From: Welwitschia mirabilis
Lineage: Eukaryota
Direction: 5' to 3'
DNA: 64,000 bases
Assembly (NCBI GenBank): GCA_051453625.1
Contig: JBOZIK010000001.1
Location: forward strand, 12,177,383-12,241,382
Numbering within the stretch: the stretch's first letter is position 1; each line of letters begins with the position of its first letter. Positions 1-13,106 of this stretch are shown here, piece by piece. The position numbers and the translations under genes are program-made. The notes beneath the pieces are model-generated. The model did no database searches, had not been told where the DNA came from, and worked only from the letters and a program-made list of their open reading frames with translations.

Positions 1-760
1 ACTAAATGAGGTAATTAAAAAAGACCACTCTCCTTTATCTTTTCTTGTTTAGATTCTTGATAGGATTCAAGGCCATGTTTTTTACTAATTTTTTGATCGT
101 TATAGCAGTTACAACCAGGTTTGCGCTGCTAGTAAGGACCAAGTCAAAATAACTTTTACTTTTTCTTTTGGTACTTTCACCTTTAGATACATGCCTTTTA
201 GACTTTGTAATGCTCCCAATACTTTTCAGTGTGCTATGATGGGTATCCTTTTTTATATGCTTGAGGACTCCATTGAGATTTTTATGGATGACTTCTCTAC
301 TTATGCTGAAACTTTTAAACAAATCTTAGATTATTTAGAGAAAGTCTTAGACCTTTGCATTTCTAGTGGCCTCCACTTGAGTTGGAAAAAGAGTTTATTT
401 CTTATAGAAAGTGGCATTTTTTTAGGTCACCATATCTCTCAAGAGGGGATTAGGATGGATGCTTCTAAAGTTGATATTATTCAAAACCTAAGTCTTCCTA
501 TAAATGTTAAGTAGATCTAATTTTTTTAGTCATTATGGTTTTTACTGTCAGTTCATTTATGATTATGCTACTATTTGTAAACCCCTTTACTCGTTACTAG
601 AGAAAGAAGCCAAATTTGAATGGAATGAATCTTGGCAACTTGCTTTTGATAGGCTTAAATGTAAACGGTCTTATGTTCCTATAATAATGAGACCCAATTG
701 GGAAATTGATTTTGAGCTTATGTGTGATGTAAGTAACTTTGTTGTGGATAGGGTTCGTTT
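1..760 (+). pseudogene. pol: Reverse transcriptase of element A (stops and frameshifts)
   Basis: ORF 191-514 MPFRLCNAPNTFQ...IEIFMDDFS...GIFLGHHISQEGI matches gypsy RT motifs MPFGL.NAPATFQ and the FMDD catalytic motif; ORF 504-764 has the thumb/connection region (GFY..FI..YA.I.KPL..LL.K). Confidence 0.92.
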
Positions 761-1110
761 TTAGAAATGTGAGAATGATTTTAAAGTTATATCTTATTAT
801 AGCAAATCTTTATCAAGAGCTCAAATGAACTATACCACTAAGAGAAAGAGATGCTAGCTATTATCATTTGCCTTGATTCTCTTAGATATTATCTTTTGGG
901 CTTTCATACCAATGTTTTCACTGGATATGCTGCCATTAATTACCTTATGACCAAGAAATATTCTAGTACCTATTTGATTAGATGGATCCTTTTTATGCTA
1001 GAGTTTAACTTAACCATTATAGATAAAACAAGGAAGCATAGCTATGTTGTCGATCACTTATCTCAACTTTATTCTCCTCCAAATAATACTATTATTGATG
1101 AATCTTTTTA
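700..1110 (+). pseudogene. pol: RNase H of element A
   Basis: FELMCDVS, YYSKSLSRAQMNYTT, LRYYLLG, LIRWIL..LEFNLTIID, VVDHLS motifs. Confidence 0.9.
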
Positions 1111-1149
1111 TGATAAGCAGCTTTTCACTATTTCTTCTTCTTATTCTCC

Positions 1150-2460
1150 TCCATGGTATGCTGACATTATAAACTATCTTGTGACCATGAAAACACTACA
1201 ACATTTGATCTATAACCAATGCAAATCTTTTCTCCATAGGATAGGTGACTATTAGTGAATCGAGCCACACTTGTATCATAGGTGTAAAGGCCAAATCATG
1301 AGAAAATGTATGCCTAAGTGAAGATACTTGAGATCTTTCATCTTTGTTACAATGGCATTTGTGAAGGACATTTTAGTGGACATAAAACTATGATGAAAAT
1401 CCTCCATTTTGGTTTTTATTGACCTTCTTTTTTTCATGATTCTTTTGATTTTTTTAGAAGGTGTAATCCTCGTCAGCATTATAGTAGTCTTGTTCATTCA
1501 TAGAAATGCCCCTTAGACCTATTCTTGAGTGTGAGTATTTTGATTGTTAGGATATCAATTTCATAAGTCCTATTCATCCATCTTTCTTTGATAAAAATTA
1601 CATTTTACTGGCTGTGAATTATGTGACTAAATGAATTAAAGCCATACCTACTTCTTTGAATGATGTCCAAACTATCTGTAATTTTTGAAGAAATCACTTT
1701 TAGAGATTTGGTTTTTCTAGAGTTATTATTAGTGATCAGGGTACTCATTTCATTAATTAAATTTTTAAAAAACTTCTTTGATCCATTGGTATAGAACATA
1801 GAGTAGCTTGTGCTTATCATCCTTAAACTAATGGACAGGCTGAAAATGCTAATAGAGAAATAAAGAAAATGTTACAAAAAATTATCTCTGTTACTAAAAA
1901 TTCTTGGGCTTTTAAACTTAATGATGTACTTTGGGCTTATTATATTATTTGGTGTTACTCTCTTTGGTTTTCACCTTATGAACTTATATACGGTAAAGTT
2001 TTTGTATTACCGGTTGATGTGTGTTATAATTCTTATCATGCATCTCATTAACTTAATCTTGTGGACTTTGATGAAAGCATTAAATATATATTATCCTAAT
2101 TAGATCATCTTGATGGAAAAAGAACTCGTGCCATACATCATCAATTAATCCATAAAGTGGAAGCAAAGTTCAAATATGATAAACAGATTTTTCATAAAAA
2201 TTTTAAACCCAGACAACTTATCTTATTATATAACACTAGAGTTCCTCTTTTGAATAATAATTTGACCTCTAAATGGTTAGATTCATATCTTGTAGAGAAA
2301 GTGCATCTTAATGGCTCAGTTAAAATTTTAGACTTAGAGACTAAAGAATTCAAAAGATTAATGGGTAATGGTTGAAATTATATGAGGGATTTTTAGTTGC
2401 AACTATGAACATGGTAGAAGTACTTGTTTTGGAGGTTATCCTTGGTGAGGAGGACTTCCT
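1150..2460 (+). pseudogene. pol: Integrase of element A (zinc-finger remnant, DDE core, C-terminal domain)
   Basis: PWYADIINYL; DC*DINF (from DxWGIDF); IISDQGTHF; AYHP*TNGQAENANREIK; WAFKLNDVLWAY; SPYELIYGK; LTSKW..SY.VEKV..NGSVKI. Confidence 0.9.
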
Positions 2461-5400
2461 CCCTATCATTATCTGAGTTCTTTCTTAGCCTACTCCTTTA
2501 GTTAAATATTATAATATTACTTGATCATCTTTCAAATTTAGCTTGTGTATTACTTTATGTAGTTTCATGATTAGTTTTATATATGGGCATTTATAGGTGG
2601 TAATATTAGATTCACCCAATCTTGAGATATTTCCATGTCTATGGACTTCATTTGAAGGAAGATGCCTTACTTTCTTGTGTTTTTTCAGTGTTGTTAAAAT
2701 CTTGGATTTTTTAGAAGTATTCTTTTCTGTCTTTTATCTCACTTATTCACCTTCATCTTTTTGGAGTGTGTAATCATGTAGGACTCTTTTTAAAAAAAAA
2801 GAGAGAGAGAGAGAAATATTGACGATGAGCTATTATATTATGCTTTAAAAGAAAAATACATGGTCACCATGATGTTCTACTACACTAGGATAAATATTTC
2901 TGAAAGGAATCTTTGGTAGTATTGGTAGCTATGGGAACTTCACTGGGGGGTTAGTTGGTCATGGTTCACAAGTTCTTACTCCTCTAACAATGGTTGCACT
3001 GCCCTCATCATAAAAAAAGAACTAAACTTTGAGGTTAGGGATGGTATTCTTGGTATCATCAGAGGCATTGCTTATTTCTTATACATTTAATATTTCCACT
3101 TAGTCATTTCACTTTGGGAATTTAGGTGATTTTGTAGGGTGAGAGCAAGTGAGTTTATTTCTAAGTAACTTTTTGACTTTAACATCTATTATTCTATATA
3201 CTTAAATCCTTGACTATTACCATAACCACTACCTTTTCAAGTTAACTTTATGCATTTAATACATTTTATCATGCGTATATACTCAAGTAATATTATGATG
3301 TTTTCCTTGGATGTTTGCTAGATTATTACTTAGGATAGGTAAATAATCTTCTCCTTGTTCCTTGTATCCATTTTCACTCTATTTTTCTTCGGTTTTTGAG
3401 TTTAGGGTGTCAAAGTCATTTTTACATTTTCTTATTCTTTCATAAGACCTTAATTATTTAGTAGTTTTCTTATTATTTGATCATGTTAAATCATTTTTTT
3501 TCTACAGAGCACTTAAAAGAACATATTTTCATTTTCTGATTCTTTATGAGTTCCCTTGTAGCTTATGGAGTTCTAAGTTTACCATGCTTTTATTTTCTAT
3601 TCAGGCACATTCATGTGGTTTTTCTTATAGGTTTCAACCTAAATAGTCTGTTTTCTTTAGTTATAGTTTCTTTTCTTTCATGTGTGTTTGTCCCTTTTCC
3701 TTTGGATTTCCTAGTTTTCTTGGTTTTCTATGTGATTCTTTGTCTTTCTGTCTTTAGAACTGCTACCTAAATGATCATATCTGAGCCTAAATTTTTTGCT
3801 TTATCTTTTTTTCTGAAAATATTTTTGATGCCCTATCATTCATCTACTCATCTAGATGATACTAGTAAACAATAATCTTATTTTTTTTGAGAGTCATCCT
3901 AAGGTTGTCATCAGGATGACAGGACCAGACAATAGTGTGATAAAACCATGTCCCAAATCTGTTTTTCTCATTTTCATTATTTTCTTGTTGTTTTTGTTCA
4001 TTTCTTTGAGAGATGACAACCCTCTAGCTAGAACCAGCATATTAGAACTTGTTTTGCTCAGTTTCATTGCTTGATGCATGAGTTTTCATCATATTTGCAA
4101 AAATGAGGTATGTTTCTCTCTCCTTCTATTTTTCATTTTTTCTCCCTTTTTTAGCCCTTCAACATGCAGTTTTCACATATATCATTTAATTTTTTATGCT
4201 CTTCATTTTGGGAGGATTTGAATTTCACCACATATTTTTTGAGTTATGATCATTTTTGTGTATTATAAGGTATTTTTAGGATTTCACTTTTCACACTTGT
4301 TTTCTCATAAATCGTAGGTCAAAACATAGTAGTCCTTTAGGCAAAATTGATCAATTCAACATGTTCTATGAGTTTGCTAGATTAGATTTTTCATTTGAGT
4401 GCTTCAAATTTTTACTTCATGTGGGGCCCACTAAAAATTTAGTTTTCACACTTTTCATGTTTTTCTCCATTTTTCTCTNNNNNNNNNNNNNNNNNNNNNN
4501 NNNNNNNNNNNNNNNNNNNNNNNNNNNNNNNNNNNNNNNNNNNNNNNNNNNNNNNNNNNNNNNNNNNNNNNNNNNNNNTATCATGCATCTTATCAACTTA
4601 ATCTTGTAGATTTTCATGAAAAACTTAAATATAAATTAGTCTAATTAGATCATCTTGATGAAAAAAAACTCATGCCATAATCATCAATTAATCCATAAAG
4701 CCCAAATAAAATTCAAACATGATAAAAAGATTTTTCATAAAATGTTTAAACCTAGTTAAATTTTCTTATTATATAACACTAGGATTCATCTTTCGAATAA
4801 TAAGTTGATCTTTAAATGGTTAGATTCTTATCTTGTATACAAAGTGCATTTTAATATCTCATTTGAAATTTTAGACTTAGATACCAGAGAGATTTAGAAA
4901 GTTAACAAGTAATAATTGAAATTATATGAAGAATCTTTAGATGCAACCATGAACATGGTAGAAGAACTTGTTTCGAAGGCTCCTCTTAATGAGAAGGACT
5001 TTCTTTCTATCATTGTTTGTGTTCTTTCTTAGCCTACTCTTTTATTTGATATTATGATGTTACTTGATCATCTTTCAAACTTGACTTACATATTAATTCA
5101 TAAAGTTTTATGACTAGTTTTATGCTTGGGCATTTATAGGTAGTAAGATTAGATTCACCCAATCTTGAGACATTTCCATGTTTATGGACTTCATTTAAAG
5201 GAAGATGCCTTAGTTTCTTATGTTTTTTTTCAATGGTGTTAAAGTCTTGAGTTATTTGAAAGTGTTTTTTTGTTGTCTTTTATCTCACTTATTTACCTTC
5301 ATTTTTTTCGTTTTTTTAAGTGTATGATCATGTGGGAATTTTATTGAGAAAAAAAATAAAAAACAGAGAGAAAGAAATAAATAATGACCGTAAGCTACTA

Positions 5401-7051
5401 TATTATGCTTCAAAGAAGAATACATGGTTATCATGATGTTCTACTACACCAAGGTACATAATTCTTTAAGGGATCTTTAGCAGTATTAGTAGCTGTGGAA
5501 ACTCCACTAGGGGGTTAGTTGACCATGCTTTATGGGTTCCTACTCCTCTGATAGTGGTTGCACTCCCCTCCTCATGGGAATAGAAATAAACTTTAAGATT
5601 AGGGATCAGTGGAATTCCTAGTATCACTAGAGGTATTTCTTATTTTCTAGACGCTTAGTATTCCCACTTGATTATTTTACTTTTGAATATTTGGGTGAGT
5701 TTGTGGGGTGAGAACAGATGAGTTAATTTCTAAGTAACTTTTAATTTTGACATTTATTATTCTATGCACTTGAATCTTTGACTATCATCATAATAACTAC
5801 CTTTTTGAGTGCATTTTATGAAGTGCATACATGTTATCATGCCTTACTTAGGTGATGTTATGATGTTTTCCTTGGGAGTTTACTAGGTTAATACTTAGGA
5901 TAGTTAACTAATCTTTTTATTGTTCTTTGTATCCATTTTCATTTTGTCTTTCTTGAGTTTTTGAGTTTAGTATTTTAAAGTTATTTTTATATTTTCTTAT
6001 TCTTTCATCAGATCTTAATCATTTAGTAGTTTCCTTGATATTTAATCATGTTAAATCATTTTTCCAAAAAACTTTTAAAAACTTTAAAAGAACATCTTTT
6101 CATTTCATAGTTTTTATAAGTTCCCTTATAGGTTATCGAGTTCTAAGTTCACCATGATTTTATTTTTTTATTCTATACATTCATGTAGTTTTTCTTGCAA
6201 GTTTTAAACTAGATAGTCAATTTTCTTTAGGCATAGTTTTTCCTTTCTTGTGTGTTGTCCTTTTTTCCTTTAGTTTTCTTAGTTTTTTGTTTGATTTCTA
6301 TCTTTTTATCTTTTTCTTTTCAGAACTGTCTTAATGATCATATCTAAGACTAACTTTTCTACTAATCTTTTTCTTTTAAAAATATTTTTCATGCCTTGTC
6401 ATCCACACTGTTATCTAGACAACACTGGGTAAATGACGGTTTGATTTTTTGTGAGACTCATCCTAGGGCTATCATCCGAATGACATGACCAGATAATAGT
6501 GTGATAAAAACTATGATCCAAACTCTTTTTTCTCAATTTCTCTTGTTTTCTCATCATTTTCCTTTATTCTTTTGAGAGACAATAACTCCTATGGCTAGTA
6601 CCAGCATTTCAAGACTTTTCCCACTCAGTTTCATTGTTAGATTCGTGAGTTTTCATTAGATTTGCAAAAATGAGTAATGTTTTCCTCTCCTCCTATTTTT
6701 CATTATTTTCTTCCATTTTTTAGCCTTTCAACACATAGTTTTCATGTTCATCATTTAGTCTTTTATACTCTTTATTTTGGGACTTATGGATTTGAATTTT
6801 ACTGTGTATTTTTTGAGTTATAAGAATTTTTGCATATTATGAGGTATTTTTAAATTTTCATCTTTTGCACTTATTGTCTTGCAAATCATAGATCAAAATG
6901 TAGTGATCCTTTAGGCAAATTGATTAGTTTAACATGTTTTACGATTTTGCTAGATTATATTTTGTACTTCATCACTTTGAATTTTCACTTCATATGGGGC
7001 ACACTAAAAATAGCATTTTCACACTTTTCATGTTTTTCTCCATTTTTCTCT
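2034..7051 (+). repeat. Diverged direct duplication of the integrase end plus 3' region of element A (2034-4478 vs 4579-7051)
   Basis: Both copies start TATCATGCATCT, end TTTTTCTCCATTTTTCTCT and are collinear throughout with many substitutions; they are separated by exactly a 100-N gap. Confidence 0.92.
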
Positions 7052-7219
7052 CATGTTTAGGCAATTAGAGATACATTGCATATTTTAGGAATGATCAGGA
7101 CATAATTTCAATATTTTTGGTAATTTTTTATCGATTTTAGGGGTCATTATTATGCATTCATATGACATTTTTAACTTGTCTATCTATTTTTACATGACAA
7201 CTTTTGTGTTTTTGATTGA

Positions 7220-9700
7220 GTAGGATCCATACTCATAGAGCTAGATAGGCCAAGGCTAAGGCAAAGGCTATAGAGTAGGAGGCAAGCCCTTTGGTAGATT
7301 GAAATATTAAGCATGCAAAACCCATGCATCTATCACCTTGACACGATTGATCTTTGAGCATTCAGACTGCTAGCATCCATGTTGAGTGATATTTCAAAGA
7401 TTTCATGAGTTATATAAAGCTTGAGATAGATCATAGATTAACATATTTACAACTTTATTGGATCACAGATCTGTATGAATCTTATTATGTATTAGGGATG
7501 AGAGAATTNNNNNNNNNNNNNNNNNNNNNNNNNNNNNNNNNNNNNNNNNNNNNNNNNNNNNNNNNNNNNNNNNNNNNNNNNNNNNNNNNNNNNNNNNNNN
7601 NNNNNNNNTATATAAAGCTTGAGATAGATCATAGATTAACATATTTACAACTTTATTAGATCACAGATCTACATGAATCTTATTATGTATTAGGGATGAG
7701 AGAATTTTATGATACTATGCACATAGAAAGGTGACCTAATGTTCATGGTCAGCTTCAAGACATGATCGTCGCCTTCATATGAGACCATGAGATATCCATA
7801 CTTTCATCCCATATTACATTTATCATATATCTTGGAGGGCTTGAAAGTATGCACATTCATTTAGCTAGTGGGACAAAGGAGTATTGAGCTTAAGGCACTA
7901 TTTTAGATATACCATCTGGTTCGACTATAAATTGACAAGGGGTAAATATTACCCAGCTGACCCTCGCTTACAGAGTATTACATAGGAGACTGATTCATAA
8001 CATTAGACCATCATTCCATGATATTCACGTTATAGTGGCATAACTTTAGATCTGGCAGCTTTTCGATAGGGGAGCAGATGGACTTACTGACTTTTATTTG
8101 GAGGAGACTCAAATCCATGATAGAGGCACAACACCTATAGACACTTGGTTATCCATGCCTCCTCTTAGCTCTTTTTAGATGGTTTAGGATACCAAAGTCC
8201 ATGGGTGATTAGTGCATTTCACGCATTTAGACATCTGCTTACTATCTACAGGATATGGATATACAGGTTCTAGGAGAGGGAAAGAGACCTCAGGCATAGA
8301 GACCTATGATTGAAGCTTCTCTAGAATAGATTCAAGCTCTCCTAGTAGAGACCACTGAGATCATCAGAGGTTTCATGGATAGAGGTATCCAGGAACTTGA
8401 TCAGAGGATTCAGATTTTTAAGTAGACAGTTGAGTAGCAAATCCTATCCATTGAAAGAAGAGTATAGCACATGAAGAACCAGATGATGGACATGCCCTAG
8501 TGCATTATCTCCATTCAGCAGAGTGTGATTGTAAATATTCCTGAGAAAGTTCATCTTCATGATAATAAGACAGTTAGATCCATCATTAAATCTTTAGACA
8601 TCTGTCTTCCCACAAATCCTGAGCATCCTTCTTCTTTTGGCCCTGCTCCTAAGCCAACTGCCAAGTCATGGTTCATCATGCATAGATGAGGGAAGTGATT
8701 TTGCATTTATTTTGTATCTCCCCCTCTATACTTTTTATACCAAAAAAATCTCTTTTGATATTATATAGACATATCATGACATGATCATTGCCTTCATACG
8801 AGATCACTAGATAGTCATACTTCTATCCCACATTATAGTTATTATAGATCTTGAAGGGCTTGGAAGTATGCACATTCATTCAGCTAGTGGGATAGAGGAG
8901 CTTCGAGCCTATGGCATCATTTTAGACTTACCAGCTGACCTGATTATAAATCAATGAGGGGTAAATGTTACCTAGCTAAACCTCATTTTTAGAGTATTAT
9001 ATAGAGGGCTGATTCATAACATTAGTCCATCATTCCATGATAGTAATGCCATGGTGATGCACCTTTAGATTCTAGTAGCTTTTCAATAGGGGGAGCAGAT
9101 GAACTTACTAACTTTTATTTGGAAAAGATTCAAATCCATGATAGAGGAACAACACCTATAGACACTTAGTTATCCATGCCTTCTCTTAGCTCTTTTTAAA
9201 TGGTTTAGGATACTAGAGCCCATGGGTAACCAAATCATTTCACACATTCAGACATCTGCTCACTATCTACAAGACATGAATATACAAGTTCTAGAAGAGG
9301 CAGAGAGATATCAGGTACAGAGACCTACAGTTGGAGATTCTCTAGAGAAGATTCAGGCTCTCCTGTTGATACCACTAGGACCATTAGAGGTTTCATGGAC
9401 AAAGATATCTAGGCATTTGATCTAAGGATCCAGACTTTTGAGTAGACAATTAAGCAGCAGATCCTATCCACTGAGAGAAGAGTATAGCATATGGAGGACT
9501 AGATGATGGACATGCACCAACGTGTTATCTCCATTCAATGGAGTATGACTGTAGATATTTCTGAGGTAGTTTTTGTTCAGGGTGATGAGATAGTTATATC
9601 TATTATTACATCTCTAGACGTTCATCTCCTTGTAGATCCTGAGTATCCTCCTTCTTCTTCCCTTGCTCTTGAGCTGTTGTCAAGTTATAGTTCATCATGT
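7220..9700 (+). pseudogene. 3' extra (env-like / Athila extra) ORF remnant of element A, C-terminal part tandemly duplicated
   Basis: THRAR*AKAKAKAI basic N-terminus, then LYWITDLYESYYVLGMREFYDTMH resembling the W..L....Y..LVREFYANL motif of Athila-type extra ORFs; coiled-coil-like C-terminus; sense strand, between integrase and PPT. Confidence 0.6.
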
Positions 9701-9797
9701 GTAGACAAGGGAAGTTATTTTTCATTGTATTTTGTATCTCCCTCTTTATAATTTTTGTACTAAAAAACTCTCTTTTGATCTTATATAGACATATCAT
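7759..9797 (+). repeat. Tandem duplication, ~1020-bp unit (7759-8777 and 8778-9797)
   Basis: Units start GACATGATC(G/A)T(C/T)GCCTTCATA and end TTATATAGACATATCAT; collinear and diverged; no N gap at the junction. Confidence 0.92.
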
Positions 9798-11191
9798 TTT
9801 TCTAGCNNNNNNNNNNNNNNNNNNNNNNNNNNNNNNNNNNNNNNNNNNNNNNNNNNNNNNNNNNNNNNNNNNNNNNNNNNNNNNNNNNNNNNNNNNNNNN
9901 NNNNNNNNNNNNNNNNNNNNNNNNNNNNNNNNNNNNNNNNNNNNNNNNNNNNNNNNNNNNNNNNNNNNNNNNNNNNNNNNNNNNNNNNNNNNNNNNNNNN
10001 NNNNNNNNNNNNNNNNNNNNNNNNNNNNNNNNNNNNNNNNNNNNNNNNNNNNNNNNNNNNNNNNNNNNNNNNNNNNNNNNNNNNNNNNNNNNNNNNNNNN
10101 NNNNNNNNNNNNNNNNNNNNNNNNNNNNNNNNNNNNNNNNNNNNNNNNNNNNNNNNNNNNNNNNNNNNNNNNNNNNNNNNNNNNNNNNNNNNNNNNNNNN
10201 NNNNNNNNNNNNNNNNNNNNNNNNNNNNNNNNNNNNNNNNNNNNNNNNNNNNNNNNNNNNNNNNNNNNNNNNNNNNNNNNNNNNNNNNNNNNNNNNNNNN
10301 NNNNNNNNNNNNNNNNNNNNNNNNNNNNNNNNNNNNNNNNNNNNNNNNNNNNNNNNNNNNNNNNNNNNNNNNNNNNNNNNNNNNNNNNNNNNNNNNNNNN
10401 NNNNNNNNNNNNNNNNNNNNNNNNNNNNNNNNNNNNNNNNNNNNNNNNNNNNNNNNNNNNNNNNNNNNNNNNNNNNNNNNNNNNNNNNNNNNNNNNNNNN
10501 NNNNNNNNNNNNNNNNNNNNNNNNNNNNNNNNNNNNNNNNNNNNNNNNNNNNNNNNNNNNNNNNNNNNNNNCATCTCTAGACGTTCATCTCCTTGTAGAT
10601 CCTGAGTATCCTCCTTCTTCTTCCCTTGCTCTTGAGCTGTTGTCAAGTTATAATTCATCATGTGTAGACAAGGGAAGTTATTTTTCATTGTATTTTGTAT
10701 CTCCCTCTTTATAATTTTTGTATTAAAAAACTCTCTTTTGATCTTATATAGACATATCATTTTTCTAGCATGGTGCATTCATTTTCTTTGATTTTACATG
10801 ATTATTTTTTTATTCTTATGATAAGGATTTATTTGTACTTGGGCAAATTTTTCTATTCTTAACTGTTTATTTTAGTGAAGGGATATTTATTATTTTTAGC
10901 TGATTNNNNNNNNNNAAAAATAAAATTCTATCATAGGTTCTATATTTCAAAATTTTTTGAGCTTGTCATCTCCTCCATTATTCGAATGACAACCCAGACG
11001 ACTAACTGCTGAGCTTATGGTAGGTGTTTTGTTTAGTTTTCTAATTTCTCAAGAAAATTCAATTTGTATCTCTATAATTTCTATAGATATTTATGAGATA
11101 ATTTTCTTAGGTATATTAGTTGTTTTATTATCTAATAATTTAGCTTACAAATATGGTTTACCACCTACTTTTATCAGGGACTGATAAGGCT

Positions 11192-11204
11192 AAGTGGGGG
11201 GCTA
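11192..11204 (+). promoter_or_regulatory. Polypurine tract of element A
   Basis: AAGTGGGGGGCTA immediately before the LTR start TGTTGCG; preceded by AGGGACTGATAA, similar to the motif before the element B PPT. Confidence 0.8.
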
Positions 11205-12288
11205 TGTTGCGCTACCAATTTATGCATATTTGATAAGGTATTTCAAGTTGTTTCATAAGTAAATAGATAGGTAAATGCTTTATTTTTATAATAATAGAGA
11301 GCTAGGATGAAAAGGATGGAAATATGCAATCTCCGTGATAATTTATAGCATTCTGAATAAATATGAACACTTTGTATTTCTAAAAATTTTTGTAAACATT
11401 GAGGCTAATGCAATAACTAAAGAATTATTGAAGGCCATTGTTAATTTCATCATTCGAACAACTATATGGATGATTGTGCCAATTGGATACTAACTGAAAT
11501 CTATCTGGTAGCTAATGTGGATTAATTATGAGATGGCACCATCTCCTCTGTTATTTGGACGACCAGCTGAATGACACTGTTATAATGTTTATACTAAACA
11601 TTCACTAAACTTCCATCACTTGTATTTCTTTTTTCCTTTACATGGTCATTATAGTTTACCCATACCTTTCTATCTTTATTGTTATGTGCTTGAGTCAATA
11701 AATAGAGATATTACCCTTGACTCCTACTTGTCTTTATTTGCATCTAAAATTATTATGATAGAAGATCAAAGGGCCAGAGATCCATCCTATAGTTTGAGAG
11801 AGATGTTTCCTTATTGTTGGATGGTGTTTTCTCCATTAAGGTATAGCTACTTTATAACATGGATGTTGTTCAATCCTTAATACAAAAAATTTCCTCTTTA
11901 TGCTTCAATATGTGATCCTTTCTTACCCTCATAGCTTATGTTGCTTTTGATCCGGTGACAGTTTCTGTAGTGACATAGGTTATGAATGCAACCTTTGTCA
12001 AGGTCATGCTAAGTTAGTTTAGGTTAAGTGCATTGCTTTTTCCTTTTCCTAGATTAGCTTTGCACAAGTTTATTTTATTTTACTTTCATACATTACAAGT
12101 GATTTCTGTAGATTAAGATACAAGTATTTCTTTGAAAAGCAACTCTCTTATTTCCTACTTTGGCCTTTGACAGATTACAACATTTGAGTTAAATTCTATC
12201 TATATTAGTGTGTTGTGTTTGTGCATTATTATTTGTGATTAACAAAATTCTACTCAAGATGTAAATGTTGCAAATACGCATCGCAACA
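11205..12288 (+). repeat. 3' LTR of element A (1084 bp)
   Basis: Starts TGTTGCG after the PPT and ends CGCAACA (perfect 7-bp inverted termini); the 3' part is homologous to 45722-46302. Confidence 0.85.
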
Positions 12289-12961
12289 AAATCCTATTAT
12301 AATAAGAACATCCTTAGTAGACTTTTTAAAGCTAATAAAGTTTTCATACTGTATGGTTTAAGACCTTCCAAATTTCTTGGAAAACTTGTATTTAAGTATA
12401 CTAGATCTTTTCAAGTTTTATAATTATTTTTTCATGATGCTATCAATATTTTGAGTCTCAAGGATAACTTTCTTTCAAATTCAATGTCCAAAGGCTTACA
12501 TGTTTTCATAAAACTATCCTTATTTCCCATAAATTTGACATTATTTTCTTGACATAGAAATATATGCAATAAATAAAAAAGAAAAGAAAAATAAAAAAAG
12601 AAAGTTAAAAAAAAGGAAAATAAAAAATGTGAGGTGTATTTCCATGAATAGTACACACTATTTATGTATAATATCTTCATGATTTCCACTCATACCATGG
12701 AAATGATACACATTATATTTTAAAGATCTCCATTTCTATGAGAAAGATATGCTAGAAACCTCCATGTAATAGATATCTTAGTTTGAGAATAAAAAAATAG
12801 AAAAAGGAAAAGGAAAATCAAAAATAAAAAAAGGGAAAAAAGAAAAAAGAAGAAGAAAAAGTAAATCTATTCATACAAATAGGATAAGATAATTCATATA
12901 ACTAAGACTTTCATGGTGCACATTTCTACTATGAGAAAGAAAATTTTATATGTGAAAAACC

Positions 12962-13106
12962 CCCATTTATGTGGGGAAGATGCACATTATATAGATGAAA
13001 GATATGTTAATATGTCTCAACTAGGTACTACTTGTAAAAAATGTCCATCTATGTGGGGAAGGTGCACATTATATAGATGAAAGACATGTTGATATGTCTC
13101 TACTAG
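12962..13106 (+). repeat. Short diverged tandem repeat, ~82-bp period
   Basis: ATGTGGGGAAG(A/G)TGCACATTATATAGATGAAAGA(T/C)ATGTT(A/G)ATATGTCTC at 12969 and 13051. Confidence 0.85.

Larger units (their letters stand above)
1..12288 (+). mobile_element. Element A: degenerate Ty3/gypsy (Athila-like) LTR retrotransposon, 5' part outside the window
   Basis: Order RT-RNaseH-IN, then long 3' region with env-like remnant, PPT and a TG...CA LTR. Interrupted by N gaps, so it may be a composite of several family copies. Confidence 0.85.

Noticed and set aside
35..322. Minus-strand ORFs over element A pol (also 1276-1497, 1605-1820)
   Set aside because: Antisense shadows of RT and integrase.
3546..4079. 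Small membrane-like ORFs (also 12432-12689, 22896-23216, 57464-57706)
   Set aside because: T-rich low-complexity UTR/LTR sequence; the 3546-4079 ORFs are not preserved in the duplicated copy at ~6115-6650.
7411..10769. Near-identical repeats flanking gaps (7411-7508/7609-7706; 9611-9806/10572-10767; also around 35812-36247, 38359-38458 and 38699-38798)
   Set aside because: Almost identical sequence on both sides of N runs is typical of unmerged contig or haplotype overlaps, not biological repeats.
9606..10778. Long ORFs of 390 and 302 aa (also 35761-36342, 35798-36271, 53186-53566, 4361-4617)
   Set aside because: They are open only because they read through N gaps.
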